Source: Rhina ancylostomus (taxonomy: Eukaryota). Taken from it: 64,000 nt of DNA. The DNA is taken from assembly GCA_030265395.1 (NCBI GenBank), contig JARFYF010000001.1:46909250-46973249 (forward strand), in the 5' to 3' direction. Below are positions 62,406 through 64,000 of this stretch, one piece after another. Every line of letters begins with the position of its first letter. The stretch's first letter is position 1. Both the position numbers and the translations under genes were made by a program. Below the pieces are notes generated by a model, which was not told the DNA's origin, made no database searches, and was given only the letters and a program-made list of their open reading frames with translations.

Positions 62406-63743
62406 TCACAGTCTTTATTTGATTTGTAATTGTGTAATTGATTGGTTGCCCAATTTGAGTGATTACTCCTTCAGGNNNNNNNNNNNNNNNNNNNNNNNNN
62501 NNNNNNNNNNNNNNNNNNNNNNNNNNNNNNNNNNNNNNNNNNNNNNNNNNNNNNNNNNNNNNNNNNNNNNNNNNNNNNNNNNNNNNNNNNNNNNNNNNNN
62601 NNNNNNNNNNNNNNNNNNNNNNNNNNNNNNNNNNNNNNNNNNNNNNNNNNNNNNNNNNNNNNNNNNNNNNNNNNNNNNNNNNNNNNNNNNNNNNNNNNNN
62701 NNNNNNNNNNNNNNNNNNNNNNNNNNNNNNNNNNNNNNNNNNNNNNNNNNNNNNNNNNNNNNNNNNNNNNNNNNNNNNNNNNNNNNNNNNNNNNNNNNNN
62801 NNNNNNNNNNNNNNNNNNNNNNNNNNNNNNNNNNNNNNNNNNCAGGGGGGGGGGGTACTTAGCTGATTTTGGAGAGGGCATCCTTACTAAAACATAGATG
62901 TACCAAACACTATTAGCCCAGAGTGTTCAGAGGGCAATTCTCCAACATGAACATTAATGAGGAATAAAGACTTCTGCTAAATGTACTTCTTTACTTTCTC
63001 CTAGCAGCCTGGCTTGCTTTATGGACCTTTTTTTGTAACCAATCATGCTTAAAGGGAAATCCAAACTAATATATCTAAATCTGGAAGCAAGTAATTTCTA
63101 CTGAACACCTGGTTGGCATGAAGGCTTTCACCACCCACCACATAATTTCCTGTTAGGAAAGAGGGTTTGGAACCTTAAAGAACTCTGAAGGCAACAAAAA
63201 CCAAGGGCAAATCAATCAGCAACTAATCTAGAAATGATTATTAATCTTTTTAAGCATGGACAACTTCCTGTTACTGAATGAGTGTTCAAATGTGCAACAG
63301 CTCATTACCCAGAGGATTTCCTAACATGGGAGACAAATGCCAGCAGAGTGTTTTGGGTTGACAGCACAAGTTAGATATGCTGCATTCTTCTAGTGAGCAT
63401 TAGTTGTGCAGGCCTAACACCCTCATTGATATGCTCTCCAGTATGACTTATGCCTCAAATATGCACATGCTCTGATTAACATTTGGGACCAATTCAACAT
63501 CTGCAGTGCCCCAAACTGCATACTAAATAGCTAAATTTTACATTATTATCTGATGTATTTTGTGATAGAAATCAGATAACATGATTAAAATCTTATCTAT
63601 AATTCCGTACTAATTTTTAATTAGTAAGTTCTCCTAATGGCAAACATTTTTTTTCTATTAACAGTTATATGCAAATCACACTTTTTTTATTGATACATCA
63701 TTAGATATAGATAAGACATGAATGATTACGGTAGGATACTGAC

Positions 63744-64000
63744 CTTCAACTTTAAGTTTTGCAGAAGTCTTGGAACTTGCGACTTGATAGGAGTATTCAG
63801 CTGCATCGTCTGATTTAGTGATCTCAAGAATGAGACGCCGAGTGACTCCATCTACTTCACTTCGGATGATATCACTGAAGTTCATTGGTTTGCCGTGCTT
63901 TAACCATGTCCCTTCAGAGAGCTCATTAGCAACTGCACACTCAAAGATGGCTTGCTGTGATTCAGCTACAGTTAGGTCCTTAAGTGGTATGCTGATGGCA
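63744..64000 (-). CDS. TTN: Titin Ig exon (about human exon 34), 5' end outside window
   Basis: AISIPLKDLTVAESQQAIFECAVAN..SKTSAKLKVE; donor GTCAGT. Confidence 0.95.

Overview
Vertebrate genomic DNA, not prokaryotic. The whole window is the I-band part of the titin/connectin gene (TTN) on the minus strand, most likely from a cartilaginous fish (HE1/V-SINE-like SINEs, CR1, Penelope-like and Rex1/Babar fossils in the introns). In transcript order (high to low coordinates) it holds 11 proximal tandem-Ig exons (about human exons 34-44), a Novex-2-like exon with two Ig domains, the small exon-47 equivalent, Novex-3 split into two exons, an enlarged N2B exon, the exon 50/51 equivalents, and five consecutive six-Ig super-repeats (exon sizes 282-279-279-279-288-279 nt). 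Exon borders were read by eye from GT-AG sites. Comparisons with human titin are from recalled sequence, not from an alignment. The main leads are: (1) competing RNA stems with strand-specific G-U pairs around a candidate micro-exon and a strong orphan donor just upstream of Novex-3; (2) a decayed extra Novex-like exon broken by LINEs; (3) a cryptic 74-aa periodicity in the N2B 'unique' sequence and ~95-aa repeats in Novex-3; (4) a fossil retroviral env-like element in an intron; (5) uniformly non-consensus 5' splice sites across the super-repeat region. Several N-gaps limit what can be seen.
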